From contig NZ_JAPJNQ010000001.1 of assembly GCF_030826625.1 (NCBI RefSeq), forward strand, positions 36,187-100,186: a stretch of DNA of 64,000 bases, in the 5' to 3' direction. The stretch comes from Corynebacterium sp. (GTDB taxonomy: Bacteria > Actinomycetota > Actinomycetes > Mycobacteriales > Mycobacteriaceae). A program made the position numbers and the translations under genes. The notes under the pieces were generated by a model, which saw nothing but the letters and a program-made list of their open reading frames with translations, was not told where the DNA came from and ran no database searches. This document shows positions 39,917 through 50,230 of the stretch, in pieces (positions within the stretch are counted from its first letter, which is position 1; the number at the start of each line of letters is the position of its first letter).

Positions 39917-42900
39917 CTACCCAGCGGCACCAGGCAGCGGGTAGGTGCCGTCGACGCCGAGGCGGGCGTCGTCGTCAAGCAACAACGCAATCTCGGCCTC
40001 CTTCGAACTCTGCTCCGGCAAACGACGGCCTTCGATCACGCTGAACAGCGCGCGGCGGCCAATCATGCCAGCCTCGCGGTGCGCGGCACCAGCGGCCAGA
40101 CGAGCATTGGCCTGCTCGCGCCAAGCACCAGCAGCGTCCTCACCGAACTGCGCAGCCACCGCAGCCTCGAAGACACCAGGGTGGCCATAGACCACCACGG
40201 CACCAACGTGACCGAAGCCGAGCGATGTCAGCACGGCGGCTTTCACCGGACGCCCTGCGTCGGCAAGCGCAACACCTTCACGCAGCCACACCAGGTTCTT
40301 CGCCTTCGGCTCGATCAGCGGATCCACGCAATCCAGCGCCGCATTGTGCGGCACGCGGCCGGTGCGGAAGACGTCGATCAAACCGCCGGTCTGGAACAGC
40401 GCGGCACCAGCCTTCGAGTGGCCCGTCAGCGACTTCTGCGAAATCACAAACAATGGGGCATCGGCATCGCGGCCGACGGCAGGCCACAGCATGGAGTGCA
40501 ACTCGGACTCGTTCGGGTCGTTGGCGTTGGTGGAAGTATCGTGCTTGGACAACACGGTCACGTCGTTCGGGTGCAAGCCCAGACCACGCAGCGACTTTGC
40601 CAGGCGCGAGTTTTCACGTCCCCGGCCAGCGCCCAACGCACCCAGGCCCGGGGCAGGGATCGAGGTGTGCGCACCATCGGCATAGGACGCCGCGTGTGCA
40701 ACCACCGCATAGACCGGCAAGCCTAGCTCACGGGCCAAGGAACCGCGCACCAGCAGGACGGTTCCGCCACCTTCGGCCTCCAAGAAGCCACCACGGCGAC
40801 GGTCGTTCGCCCGGGAGATAAAGCGCTCGTCGATGCCCTGGTCGGTCATCTTCTTCGTTTCCGCGGTCGCGTTCATGTCACCGAAGCCGGCCAGCGATTC
40901 CACCTGCACGTCGTCGATACCACCGGCAACTACCACATCGGCCTTGCCCAGCTTGATCTTGTCGCAACCTTCCTCGATGGAAACCGCCGAGGTCGCGCAC
41001 GCACCGATCGGGTGAATCATCGAACCGTAGCCGCCGACCAGCGACTGCATGGTGTGCGCAGCGATCACGTTCGGCAGAGCTTCCTGCAGGATGTCCGACG
41101 GACGCTCCTCGTCCAAGAAGCGCGCGACGAAGACCTTGTGCAGCGATTCCATGCCACCAATACCGGTGCCCTGGGTGGAAGCAATATTGCCTGGGTGGAT
41201 CGATTGCAGCAGCTCCGCTGGGCTGAACCCGGCGCTGATGAAGGCGTCGACGGCGGTGACCAGGTTCCACACGGCCATGCGATCGAGCGCATCGACCATG
41301 TGCTCCGGAATACCCCAGCGTGTTGGGTCGAAGTTATCTGGCATCTGGCCCGCCACCGTGCGCGTCAGCGTTGCCTTGCGCGGCACCTTCGCGGTGGCAC
41401 CCTGCAGGCGGGTGACTTGCCATTCACCGTCGGCTTCGGCCACGCGGGTAAAGGCTGGGTCAGCAGCTTCGATATCGCGGGCCTGGGCCTCGGATGGCAC
41501 GGTGAAGCTGATGTCGCGGTCCAAGAAGACCGTCGCCAAGTCGATCGAACCCTGATCCTGCAGGTGGTATTTATCCGACAGGGTGCGCACACCGGCGCGG
41601 GCGACGACCTCATCGCGGAAGCGTGCGTAAATCTCTTCTTCGGCGATAGCCGTGCCATCGGCGTCGTACCAGCCTGGGGTTGGGTCTTCAGCCCAGTTGA
41701 CCAGTCCCGTCATCCAGGCCAATTCCAGAACACCGGCGGCGGTCAGCTCCACGGAGCCATCGCGCTGGATGCCGTATTCCGCCTCGAAACGGGTGCGGCC
41801 CGAACCCCAGGACGAGACTTCACCGACACCCGCGATGACGATCATGTCATCCAGATCTGTGGTGATCTCACCGGTTTCGACGCGTTCCGGCTGTGCAGGG
41901 ACCTCGATATTCGGCAGGGCAGTGATGGTGGCCGGGGCGGCAGGGGCGTTGGCTGCAGCTTCGGCGGCGGCCGCTGCGGCTTGTTCCGCATTCGCCGCTG
42001 CCTGGGCAGTCAGCTCGGCCATGTTCAACGTGTCACCCAAACCACCGGTGAGATCCAGGTGCAGTGGGGCGCTGGCAGCCTGGGTGCGGGAATCGGCAGA
42101 GGCCAAGCTCATCAACTCGTGGGAAATCTCATCCGGATTCCACACTCGAATACCTGCGGCTTCCACGGCCGGAACCAGTCCGTCGTTGCCAGCCATCAGG
42201 TGCGTACCGGCCACCCAGCCGATCAGAACCTGGGCCAGGGTGACACCGTCGGACCAGCCAGCCTCAACCTTCCACTTGTTCATAATCGCATCCAGCGCGG
42301 CCTTGACCTCGCCATAAGCGCCGTCGCCACCGAAGACACCACGGTTCGGCGAACCAGGAAGCACCACGTGGCAGCGCTTGTCGACGCCAGCCTGCGCCAA
42401 ACCAGCCAATCCTGCGATGGTGCGCTCGACGGACCACAACAGCAAACGTGTTTGGTTTTCTGCCTGCGGGCCGGCGTCGGCCAGCGATCCCGTCACTGGT
42501 GGGGCGGCGAATGGGAAGGCCAGGGTTGGGATCAGAGCTGGCTTGAGCAGCTTGACCTCGTTGCCGACGGATTCCACCTGCTCGGTGCCGATCCAGTCGA
42601 TGACCGCATCGACATCGCGGTAGGACGACAAGTTCGCTGGTACCAGCCACAGCGCAGCACCCGGAATGGCGTGCTCGGCATACAGCTTGCGGGCAAACTC
42701 CTTACGCGCTTGGCTCACACGCGAAGCAGTCATGATGACGGTCGCGCCGCCTTCCAGCAGGCGCGCGATCAGCGCAGTGGCAATCGAGCCGGGCGCAGCA
42801 CCGGTGACCAGCGCAATATCCTCGGCATAGGTGCCTTCCAGCTCAGATTCTGCCAGCTTGGCGACGGTCTCCAGCTCACCCTGCCCACCATTGGCTGCCC

Positions 42901-45900
42901 ACCAGCGGGCCTGCTTGGCGACGGTGGTGCCGGTGCCGCGGAAACGCTCGATGTCGATATCTGCCTGGCCCAGGGCGTAGCGCGCGAGATCTTCGCGGGC
43001 GCTGGCCCAGCGGTCGTCGAAAAGCACGGCCTTGCGCGAATCAAAGACCGGGGTGACGGTCTTGACCCAGCCGGTGCCGAGCTCGGCCTCGACGGTTTCG
43101 AACAGCGTGTTATCGCTTTCCGGGGTTTCCGGTGCGGGCTCGGACAAGCCCAGCTGCGCCAGTACGGTGCGCGCGGCGGTGGCCAACACGCCGTTTTCGC
43201 CGGTGACCTGCTCGGCGAATTCGTTGAGCGCGGCAGAATCGACCACGGAACCGCCCGCAGCGCCGGCACCACCGGAAGACTGCGAGACCGTGACCCCGTG
43301 GCGGGCAGCGACCTGCTGGACGGCGGCGTCGACCAGCTCGTTGACCTCTGCCTTGGAGCTAGCGGTGGTCGGGATCGTCGACAGCGAACCGCCGCGGACC
43401 GAATCTTCTTCACGCGATCCCAGCAGGATCTCGGCTTCGATGTGGGCGATCCAGGATTGCGGCAGCGACCAGGTGCCGGTCACGCGCTCGCCGACGACAG
43501 CTGGCTTGGCACCGGCGGCACCGGTGAGCTGGCGCAGGCGGGCACTGACGGCCTCGCTGAGCACCGAACCAAACGGACTGTAGCCTGGGGCGGCGGTGGC
43601 GACGCGGCCACGCAAGGTAGCGACATCCGCCTCGGCGGCGCCATCGATGGCAGGAACGCCCAGCTCAGCGGACATGTCCATGAGTAGCTGGTTGCGCCGC
43701 GAGGACACACCGTTGGTGAGTTCTTCGACGGTATCGGAATCGTTGATCTGATCCAGGCGGATCTTGTTGGAAAACGCGAACAGCGTCATGATGGCCTCGG
43801 CTGCGGTGAAGCTGAGCTCGCCGGCTGGGGCGCCGGCTCCAGTGTCGCCACCGGCAGCGGCTGCTGGGGCGGCGGCGCTTGCTGGGCCTGCACTGTCAGG
43901 ACCCGCTTCCGCCAACGGTGCCGGGTTTTCCGTCGGACGTGCAGCCTCGGCGCCGACCTCCGGGCTCTGGCTGGCTTGGTCGGCAGCAGCAGAGCTGGAG
44001 GCAGCAGAGTTGGAAGCACCGGCACCGTCAGCACCGTCAGCACCAGCCGCTTCGTCGTCGGCTGGCTCCTCTGTTGGAGCCTCGGTGACGTCGGCAAGCA
44101 TGACCACATCCTGGTCGCGCTCGACGTTGTACACCGGCAAACTCACCCCAGCCACGGCCAGGGAACGCTGCGCCAGGTTGGTTAACGTCGGCGAGCTAGC
44201 CAGGCCGACCTCGATGATCTGCTCCACGCGGCCGAACAGGAGCTCCTGGGTTTCGATCCAGCGCACCGGCGAAGCGAACTGCCAGGACAACAACTCGATC
44301 AGCAACAGGCGGGCCAGCTTCTGTGGCTCCATCGTGGCGGCGTCGATACCGTCCAGGCGGCCAGACGGGGCCAAAGCCGCGGTGGCGTCCACGAAATCTT
44401 GGGTGAGCGCAAACGGGCGCGCTACCAGGTTCGGTACGTAGCGTCCGACCAGGGCATCTAGATCCAACGTCTCCGGCAGCAACTCGTCGAGCTTCTCGGC
44501 AAAGGCCGGTACACCATCGCGCAGCACGCGGGAGTGGAATGGCACATCGATGCCCGGGACAGTCACGAAGGCACGCGGGGCAATGGCTGTGGCGCGCTTG
44601 GCCAATTCCGCCAGGCCAACCTTGGTGCCAGCGATGGAATACTGCTGGCCGGAGATGTTGTAGTTGACGATCTCTAAGAACTCGCCGGTTTCCTGCGCCA
44701 CCTGGGCCACATAATCCTGCACCTCGTCGGCACTGACACCGATCATATTCGGGCGCAGCGCACCCATGCCGTAATTGGAATTGCCGTGCTCGTCGCGCTC
44801 GACCAACGTGCCCATCGCGGAACCACGCGAGTAGACGATGTCGATGACAGCTTCCAAATCGAAGATATTCGCCAGCGAAGCCAAGGCGGTGTATTCACCC
44901 AGCGAGTGCCCGGCATACATGGCGCCAGTAGCCAGCGCATTGTTTTCGCGCAAACGCTCAGTTTGGCCATAGGCCACGACGGCGAGTGCGACCTGCGTGA
45001 ATTGCGTCAGGTGCAAAACGCCCTGCGGGTGGCGGAACGTGGTGCCGCGCACCTTCAGCTCCGTCGGGTTGTCGTCGATGATCTGGCGGATAGAGAAACC
45101 ATGCTGGGTGCGGGTGTGGTGATCCGCACGACGCCAGGCCTCACGCGCAGCTGGCGAGGCATTGCGATCGCCGCGGCCCATACCCTCTGCCTGCACACCC
45201 TGGCCCGGGTACACGTAGGCGGTAGCCGGTTGCGCCAACAGCGCCTGGCCGACGGAGACGACCTCGCCGTCGATGCGGCAGGTGACTTCCAATGCCGTGT
45301 GGATACCAGCGCGGCCCACACGCTCGGCGGTGATTTCCACCTTGTCACCGAGCTGGACCATCCCGAACATGGAATACGTCCAGCTGGTGACCGTGCCGTG
45401 AGTATTAGCCAGGTGCTGGGCGGTGGCGGAGAGCCACATGCCGTGCACCAGGGCGTCGTCAAGATTAACCAGGCGAGCGGCGTTGGTGGAGGTGTGGATC
45501 GGGTTGTAATCGCCCGAGACCAGCGCGAACGGGGTCATATCCTGCGGCGCCGTGACGGTCGCGCGGTTCACAAATGAGCGCGGGGTGGACTCGACTTCGC
45601 GGGCTAGCGCGGCACCGCCCCACTCTGGGGCAGGCGCCGGAACGCTGGCACCGGTGGCGCGGCCGCGGATGGCGAAGCGCTGCATCTGGGTAGCCACCAA
45701 CTCGCCGGATTCGTGATCGCGCAATTCCAGTTCCACGGTGACGATGCGCCCCGCGTTGGATTCGTCGATCGCCGAGCACCAAGACTTCACATCGATGCGG
45801 CGCGCATTGCTCTCGCCCTTGCTGCCACGAGCAAGTTCGTGGAGTGGAACCCGCAGGTCAATGACGTGGTTCAGGTGCACGGCATTCAGCAAGCCCTCGA

Positions 45901-48900
45901 TAACGGGGTAGTCCGTGCCAGCAGGCTCACCGTGTTCTTCGCCGATGCGGCCAGAGCCCAGTGCGGTATAAATCGCTGGCCACGCAGGGCCCACCAGCAC
46001 ATCCGGGGTGCCCGGGGCGGTGGTGAGTTTGTCGCCCAAACCAGCGCCAGTAACTGCGGTGTGCGCCTGCAGCAGGGTGGTAGGCAGAGTAAAGGAATCT
46101 TCGGCATAACCGAACGGGTACTGCTCGCCGACCGAGCCTTCCACGATGGTCGGCAAAGCAGTGATCTCATCGCCGGATTCGGAGATCGAACCCACCCCGG
46201 CCAAGCCCGCCAACAGGTCAAAGACGGCACCTGGCAGGCGATCGTGGTCGACGACTGGGCTAGCACCAGTGGCGACGGCGTCGGAAAGATCGACGGGGAT
46301 GGACACCGACTTCACATAAAACGGGCGCTGCTCTTCTGGCAGATCATCCCAGTAGGAGTCGGTGTTGATGCGAATGGAATACTGCGGGGCGGCCTCGGTG
46401 CCGTCGTTGACGATGTCGAAGGCCTCGGCCGGCAGCTCCACGGCAGGGTTAGCGATGGTGTGCCCATGCCACTCCAGGCTTGGGGCCTGGCGCAAGAATT
46501 CCTCTGCGGTTTTCGCATTACCCAGGCGTGAGTACTGCTCGGTTGGCTCGACGCCAGCCTGCTGCAAGGCCTCGGTGGTGCCGGTTTCGAACCGGGCCAG
46601 CAACTCGGCGACGGGCTCGTCGACCTTGGTAATGCCCGCAACCGAGACCGGCCCCGGGATGATGCGCACGGCGTCGGCGTCGTAACGATCCTCCTGCGCC
46701 TGCCACAGGGTGTCCTTGGAGAACCACTTCTTCAGATCCCCATCGATGGCGGTGGTCCACGGCATTGGCTTGTTGTGCTTGTGGTTCAGCGAGACAAACC
46801 AGGCAGCATCGCGGGCCGCGACGGTGGTGGTGGCAGCCTGCGGGAAAGCGTCGAGCAGCGTGCGCAGGTTGGCTGGGGCGTCGGCGACGGAATCCAGGTC
46901 CGGGAAGAGGGTGTCGATCTCGCCATGATCGGACGGGTGCAGACGAGCCTCGATGCGGTGCAACAGATCAAACCAGCGATCCTGCCAGGTTGGGTCCATG
47001 AACGGGAAGGCCAGGTTAACGAAGCGCTCCAGCCACTGCTGGTAGGTCATGGTCTCGACGTCACCGAAATACGGCTTGGAGGTCTTGGCCAGCGCGGTGA
47101 TGATCTCGTCGCGGTGATCCTGATACTCAGCCGGATCCAGCGAGGTGATCAGCCGGGCGGCAGCGGCGAAGGAGTTATCGATTTCGTGGAGATCCGCCAG
47201 CAAGTGCGACTGCCCGGAAGCCACACCACCGTTGGCGCTACCGCGGCCGACCCAACCGCCATTGGTATCCGGGCTGATACCCGGGGTGTCAACGAGCAGC
47301 TGTTTGACCTGCGGGGAAGTGGTGGCTTCTTTGGTGGCCATGGCGACCGTGCCGACGAATACGCCATCGACCGGCATGCGCGGCAGAGAATACTTCTGCG
47401 ACCACGTACCAGTCAGGTATTCCGCAGCACGTTCCGCCGAGTAAATGCCACCGCCGACGGTGATGGTGACGTTATCGCGCTCGCGGGCAGCGGCGTAGGT
47501 GTCGATGAGCATCTCATCCAGATCCAGCCAAGAGTGGTGGCCGCCGGCGTGGCCGTCCTCGATCTGCAGAATCAACTGGTGCTCCGGGTTGGCGTCTGCA
47601 ATGGCCAGGATGTCGCGGATCTGCTTGGTGGTGCCCGGTTTGAAGGAAATATATGGGAAACCGTCGGCGCGCAGCTGCGCGAGCAGTTCGGTGGCTTCGT
47701 CGGCTTCCGGTACACCAGCCGAAATGGTGACACCAGTAATCGGTGCGCCGTTCGCGCGGGCCTTCGGGACGATGCGCGTCTGGCCAAACTGCAAGTTCCA
47801 CATGAAGCGATCGAAGAACATGGTGTTAAAGGCGACGGTGCGTCCAGGCTGCAGCTGGCGGATCAGCGAATTCTTCAGCTCAGTGAACAGCTCTTCGGAA
47901 TACATTCCGCCGCCGGCCATCTCCGTCCAGAAACCGGCATTGGCAGCAGCGGCCACGATGGTTGGGTCGACGGTGGTTGGCGTCATGCCGCCGAGCATGA
48001 TCGGGGACAAACCGGTCAGTGCAGAGAACTTCGTTTGCGTGTACGTCTTGCCATCCGGCAATGTGACCAGGCGCGGGGCGAACTCGGACCAGTCGCGCGC
48101 AGTAGGCAATTGCGCGCCGGGGGTAGCGAGGTTATCGCGTTGCGACGGCGTCCAGGCCGGGACCACACTCAGGCCGGTGCCCGCAACCAGCGGGGTGGTG
48201 AGTTTGGCCAGGCCGTCGTCAAGAACCAATGCGTGGCTGATGTGTTGGTCGACCATCTGGGCGGTCTGCGCGGTCCAGTCGAATGGGTGGACCAGGATCT
48301 CGCGGACGACGGTGGCGATATCGGTGTCGCCGAGGTCCAGTTGGCAGGCCTTAGCCCACTCGATGGTGAGGTCTGCGGCTTCGGTGAGGCTGTCGTGGTG
48401 GAAAGGCAGCGCGACCGGTAGGTAGGTGAAGTTCGGAGTAAGTTCTGAGCCGCCGAATTCGCGGGCCTCCAGGGCGTCGTTGTAGGCGCTGGCGCGTTCT
48501 GTGACGTTGTTTTCGACCGCTGCGAGCTCGTCCGGGGTGCCCGAGACAACGAAAGCGCGGGTGCCGTTGACCACCGAGATGGCGGCCGAGCCGGTGTTGC
48601 TGAGGCACGTGTCGACGAATTCGCGCGGCAGGTCGCGGATGAGCAGCATGTGCGAGCGGGAATCGGTGGAGCCGTGGGCGACGCTTGCTGCTGTGCCCAT
48701 CAGGATGGCCAGGGCAAGAGCGTGGACTGGGTGTTTGATGGCGGCGATGCCGAGGCTGCCCTGGGAATGCCCGAAGGCAGGGGAGTCGGCGTCGAGAGTG
48801 AGGCCTAGGTCGCGCAGTTGATCAATGGCGGCCAGCTGGCTGAGTACGATGCCCGGGATGCTGACGGCTGGGAAAACGTCATTGGCGGTGTTCGCGGCCG

Positions 48901-49159
48901 TTTTGGAGGTGCTGGCGCCGGTGTCTTGGGAACCTGCGTGCACGAGCGCTTCCAGGCGCTCCATGGCTCCAGGGACAGTGGAAGCAATGGTGCGGGCGTA
49001 AGGGCTGACCAGGCTGCGGGCCTGGGTCAGGTAATTGTCCAGGCGGCCGACGGCGTGGTGGCTGGCAGCGGCGTTATGCAGCTGCTTTTCCCATTCCGAG
49101 GCTTGACCAGCAAAAATGATGGCGGGGGCGCGCATGGAATCAAGCGGTGTCAAAGACAT
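39917..49159 (-). CDS. fas: Type I fatty acid synthase (multifunctional FAS-I)
   Basis: A single 3080-aa ORF carrying acyltransferase, enoyl reductase, dehydratase, malonyl/palmitoyl transferase, ACP, ketoreductase and ketosynthase regions in the corynebacterial/mycobacterial FAS-I order. Confidence 0.95.
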   Translation of the reverse strand: MSLTPLDSMRAPAIIFAGQASEWEKQLHNAAASHHAVGRLDNYLTQARSLVSPYARTIASTVPGAMERLEALVHAGSQDTGASTSKTAANTANDVFPAVSIPGIVLSQLAAIDQLRDLGLTLDADSPAFGHSQGSLGIAAIKHPVHALALAILMGTAASVAHGSTDSRSHMLLIRDLPREFVDTCLSNTGSAAISVVNGTRAFVVSGTPDELAAVENNVTERASAYNDALEAREFGGSELTPNFTYLPVALPFHHDSLTEAADLTIEWAKACQLDLGDTDIATVVREILVHPFDWTAQTAQMVDQHISHALVLDDGLAKLTTPLVAGTGLSVVPAWTPSQRDNLATPGAQLPTARDWSEFAPRLVTLPDGKTYTQTKFSALTGLSPIMLGGMTPTTVDPTIVAAAANAGFWTEMAGGGMYSEELFTELKNSLIRQLQPGRTVAFNTMFFDRFMWNLQFGQTRIVPKARANGAPITGVTISAGVPEADEATELLAQLRADGFPYISFKPGTTKQIRDILAIADANPEHQLILQIEDGHAGGHHSWLDLDEMLIDTYAAARERDNVTITVGGGIYSAERAAEYLTGTWSQKYSLPRMPVDGVFVGTVAMATKEATTSPQVKQLLVDTPGISPDTNGGWVGRGSANGGVASGQSHLLADLHEIDNSFAAAARLITSLDPAEYQDHRDEIITALAKTSKPYFGDVETMTYQQWLERFVNLAFPFMDPTWQDRWFDLLHRIEARLHPSDHGEIDTLFPDLDSVADAPANLRTLLDAFPQAATTTVAARDAAWFVSLNHKHNKPMPWTTAIDGDLKKWFSKDTLWQAQEDRYDADAVRIIPGPVSVAGITKVDEPVAELLARFETGTTEALQQAGVEPTEQYSRLGNAKTAEEFLRQAPSLEWHGHTIANPAVELPAEAFDIVNDGTEAAPQYSIRINTDSYWDDLPEEQRPFYVKSVSIPVDLSDAVATGASPVVDHDRLPGAVFDLLAGLAGVGSISESGDEITALPTIVEGSVGEQYPFGYAEDSFTLPTTLLQAHTAVTGAGLGDKLTTAPGTPDVLVGPAWPAIYTALGSGRIGEEHGEPAGTDYPVIEGLLNAVHLNHVIDLRVPLHELARGSKGESNARRIDVKSWCSAIDESNAGRIVTVELELRDHESGELVATQMQRFAIRGRATGASVPAPAPEWGGAALAREVESTPRSFVNRATVTAPQDMTPFALVSGDYNPIHTSTNAARLVNLDDALVHGMWLSATAQHLANTHGTVTSWTYSMFGMVQLGDKVEITAERVGRAGIHTALEVTCRIDGEVVSVGQALLAQPATAYVYPGQGVQAEGMGRGDRNASPAAREAWRRADHHTRTQHGFSIRQIIDDNPTELKVRGTTFRHPQGVLHLTQFTQVALAVVAYGQTERLRENNALATGAMYAGHSLGEYTALASLANIFDLEAVIDIVYSRGSAMGTLVERDEHGNSNYGMGALRPNMIGVSADEVQDYVAQVAQETGEFLEIVNYNISGQQYSIAGTKVGLAELAKRATAIAPRAFVTVPGIDVPFHSRVLRDGVPAFAEKLDELLPETLDLDALVGRYVPNLVARPFALTQDFVDATAALAPSGRLDGIDAATMEPQKLARLLLIELLSWQFASPVRWIETQELLFGRVEQIIEVGLASSPTLTNLAQRSLAVAGVSLPVYNVERDQDVVMLADVTEAPTEEPADDEAAGADGADGAGASNSAASSSAAADQASQSPEVGAEAARPTENPAPLAEAGPDSAGPASAAAPAAAAGGDTGAGAPAGELSFTAAEAIMTLFAFSNKIRLDQINDSDTVEELTNGVSSRRNQLLMDMSAELGVPAIDGAAEADVATLRGRVATAAPGYSPFGSVLSEAVSARLRQLTGAAGAKPAVVGERVTGTWSLPQSWIAHIEAEILLGSREEDSVRGGSLSTIPTTASSKAEVNELVDAAVQQVAARHGVTVSQSSGGAGAAGGSVVDSAALNEFAEQVTGENGVLATAARTVLAQLGLSEPAPETPESDNTLFETVEAELGTGWVKTVTPVFDSRKAVLFDDRWASAREDLARYALGQADIDIERFRGTGTTVAKQARWWAANGGQGELETVAKLAESELEGTYAEDIALVTGAAPGSIATALIARLLEGGATVIMTASRVSQARKEFARKLYAEHAIPGAALWLVPANLSSYRDVDAVIDWIGTEQVESVGNEVKLLKPALIPTLAFPFAAPPVTGSLADAGPQAENQTRLLLWSVERTIAGLAGLAQAGVDKRCHVVLPGSPNRGVFGGDGAYGEVKAALDAIMNKWKVEAGWSDGVTLAQVLIGWVAGTHLMAGNDGLVPAVEAAGIRVWNPDEISHELMSLASADSRTQAASAPLHLDLTGGLGDTLNMAELTAQAAANAEQAAAAAAEAAANAPAAPATITALPNIEVPAQPERVETGEITTDLDDMIVIAGVGEVSSWGSGRTRFEAEYGIQRDGSVELTAAGVLELAWMTGLVNWAEDPTPGWYDADGTAIAEEEIYARFRDEVVARAGVRTLSDKYHLQDQGSIDLATVFLDRDISFTVPSEAQARDIEAADPAFTRVAEADGEWQVTRLQGATAKVPRKATLTRTVAGQMPDNFDPTRWGIPEHMVDALDRMAVWNLVTAVDAFISAGFSPAELLQSIHPGNIASTQGTGIGGMESLHKVFVARFLDEERPSDILQEALPNVIAAHTMQSLVGGYGSMIHPIGACATSAVSIEEGCDKIKLGKADVVVAGGIDDVQVESLAGFGDMNATAETKKMTDQGIDERFISRANDRRRGGFLEAEGGGTVLLVRGSLARELGLPVYAVVAHAASYADGAHTSIPAPGLGALGAGRGRENSRLAKSLRGLGLHPNDVTVLSKHDTSTNANDPNESELHSMLWPAVGRDADAPLFVISQKSLTGHSKAGAALFQTGGLIDVFRTGRVPHNAALDCVDPLIEPKAKNLVWLREGVALADAGRPVKAAVLTSLGFGHVGAVVVYGHPGVFEAAVAAQFGEDAAGAWREQANARLAAGAAHREAGMIGRRALFSVIEGRRLPEQSSKEAEIALLLDDDARLGVDGTYPLPGAAG

Positions 49160-49334
49160 GCAGTGGCATCCTTTACAGAAAATATGAGGAAACGTTCATG
49201 TTGTCTTTGGCTACCGTAGTGCATGCTAGTTATCTCACGCGGATAACTCGCGGGAAATGTGAGTAAATTCTCATGATTTTGTTTTAGAAACCACTTGTGT
49301 GGGGTGGGGCGTTGCTGAATGGGGTGGCAGGGTT

Positions 49335-50174
49335 TTACATGCCCGGAGGTGCAGCAGGCACGATTAGTGGAACCGTAGTGCCACGTGCTTCAGACATGAC
49401 TGGGTCAGGGTTGACGTGGGCATCCAGGTTGAAGACTTCGCTGAGTAATTCAGGAGTGATGACCTGAGCAGGGCTGCCACTGGCGTGTATTGCGCCATCT
49501 TTCATCACTACGAGATGATCGGAATAACGGATCGCAAGGTTGAGATCATGAAGCACCATAACGATGGTTCGACCCAAATCATGCTTCAGGCGCGTGACCA
49601 AATTCAGAACGTCGATGGAATGCGAAAGATCCAGGTAGGTAGTGGGTTCGTCTAAAAACAACACATCGGTTTGTTGTGCAAGCACCATGCTGATCCACAC
49701 TCGTTGGCGTTGGCCTCCAGATAATGCCTCTAGCGAGCGTTCAGCTAGATGTGCAGTGTTCGTGAGTTCGAGTGCGCGCAGCACCTCTTGTTCATCGGCA
49801 GCGGACCACTGGTTGATCCACGACTGGTGCGGGTGGCGTCCGCGTGCGACCAGATCCGAGACTAATAATCCCTCCGGAGCACTGGGGGTCTGAGGCAAGA
49901 CACCTACAGTTTTTGCCAGGTTTTTACGCTTCATTGTGGTCGCGTCTTTACCGTCGACGGTCACCGTGCCTTGGCGAAGGGGAATGAGTCGGGAAACTGC
50001 GCGCAAGAGGGTAGATTTTCCACAACCGTTGGGGCCGATGATGGTGGTGATTTCTCCACTTGGGAAATCCACTGAAAGATCATCGATGATGATGTTATCG
50101 CCATAACCGACACAGATATTTTGCGCATTGACGCTGACACCACGGTTAGGGGGCGTAGAAATTGGATTGTTCAT
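49335..50174 (-). CDS. Ferric-siderophore ABC transporter ATP-binding protein (FecE/FepC-like)
   Basis: Walker A GPNGCGKST, the LSGGQRQR signature, and Walker B LFLDEPT. Confidence 0.85.
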   Translation of the reverse strand: MNNPISTPPNRGVSVNAQNICVGYGDNIIIDDLSVDFPSGEITTIIGPNGCGKSTLLRAVSRLIPLRQGTVTVDGKDATTMKRKNLAKTVGVLPQTPSAPEGLLVSDLVARGRHPHQSWINQWSAADEQEVLRALELTNTAHLAERSLEALSGGQRQRVWISMVLAQQTDVLFLDEPTTYLDLSHSIDVLNLVTRLKHDLGRTIVMVLHDLNLAIRYSDHLVVMKDGAIHASGSPAQVITPELLSEVFNLDAHVNPDPVMSEARGTTVPLIVPAAPPGM

Positions 50175-50230
50175 CGTTTTATTCTTAGTGTCTTATTCTT
50201 AGTTCTTGTTACGAGTTGTTTTTAATTTGA

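Noticed and set aside
41012-43687. 891-aa and 548-aa plus-strand ORFs (41012-43687, 46775-48421) inside the fas gene
   Set aside because: These are antisense to the intact 3080-aa FAS-I ORF and are artefacts of high GC content.
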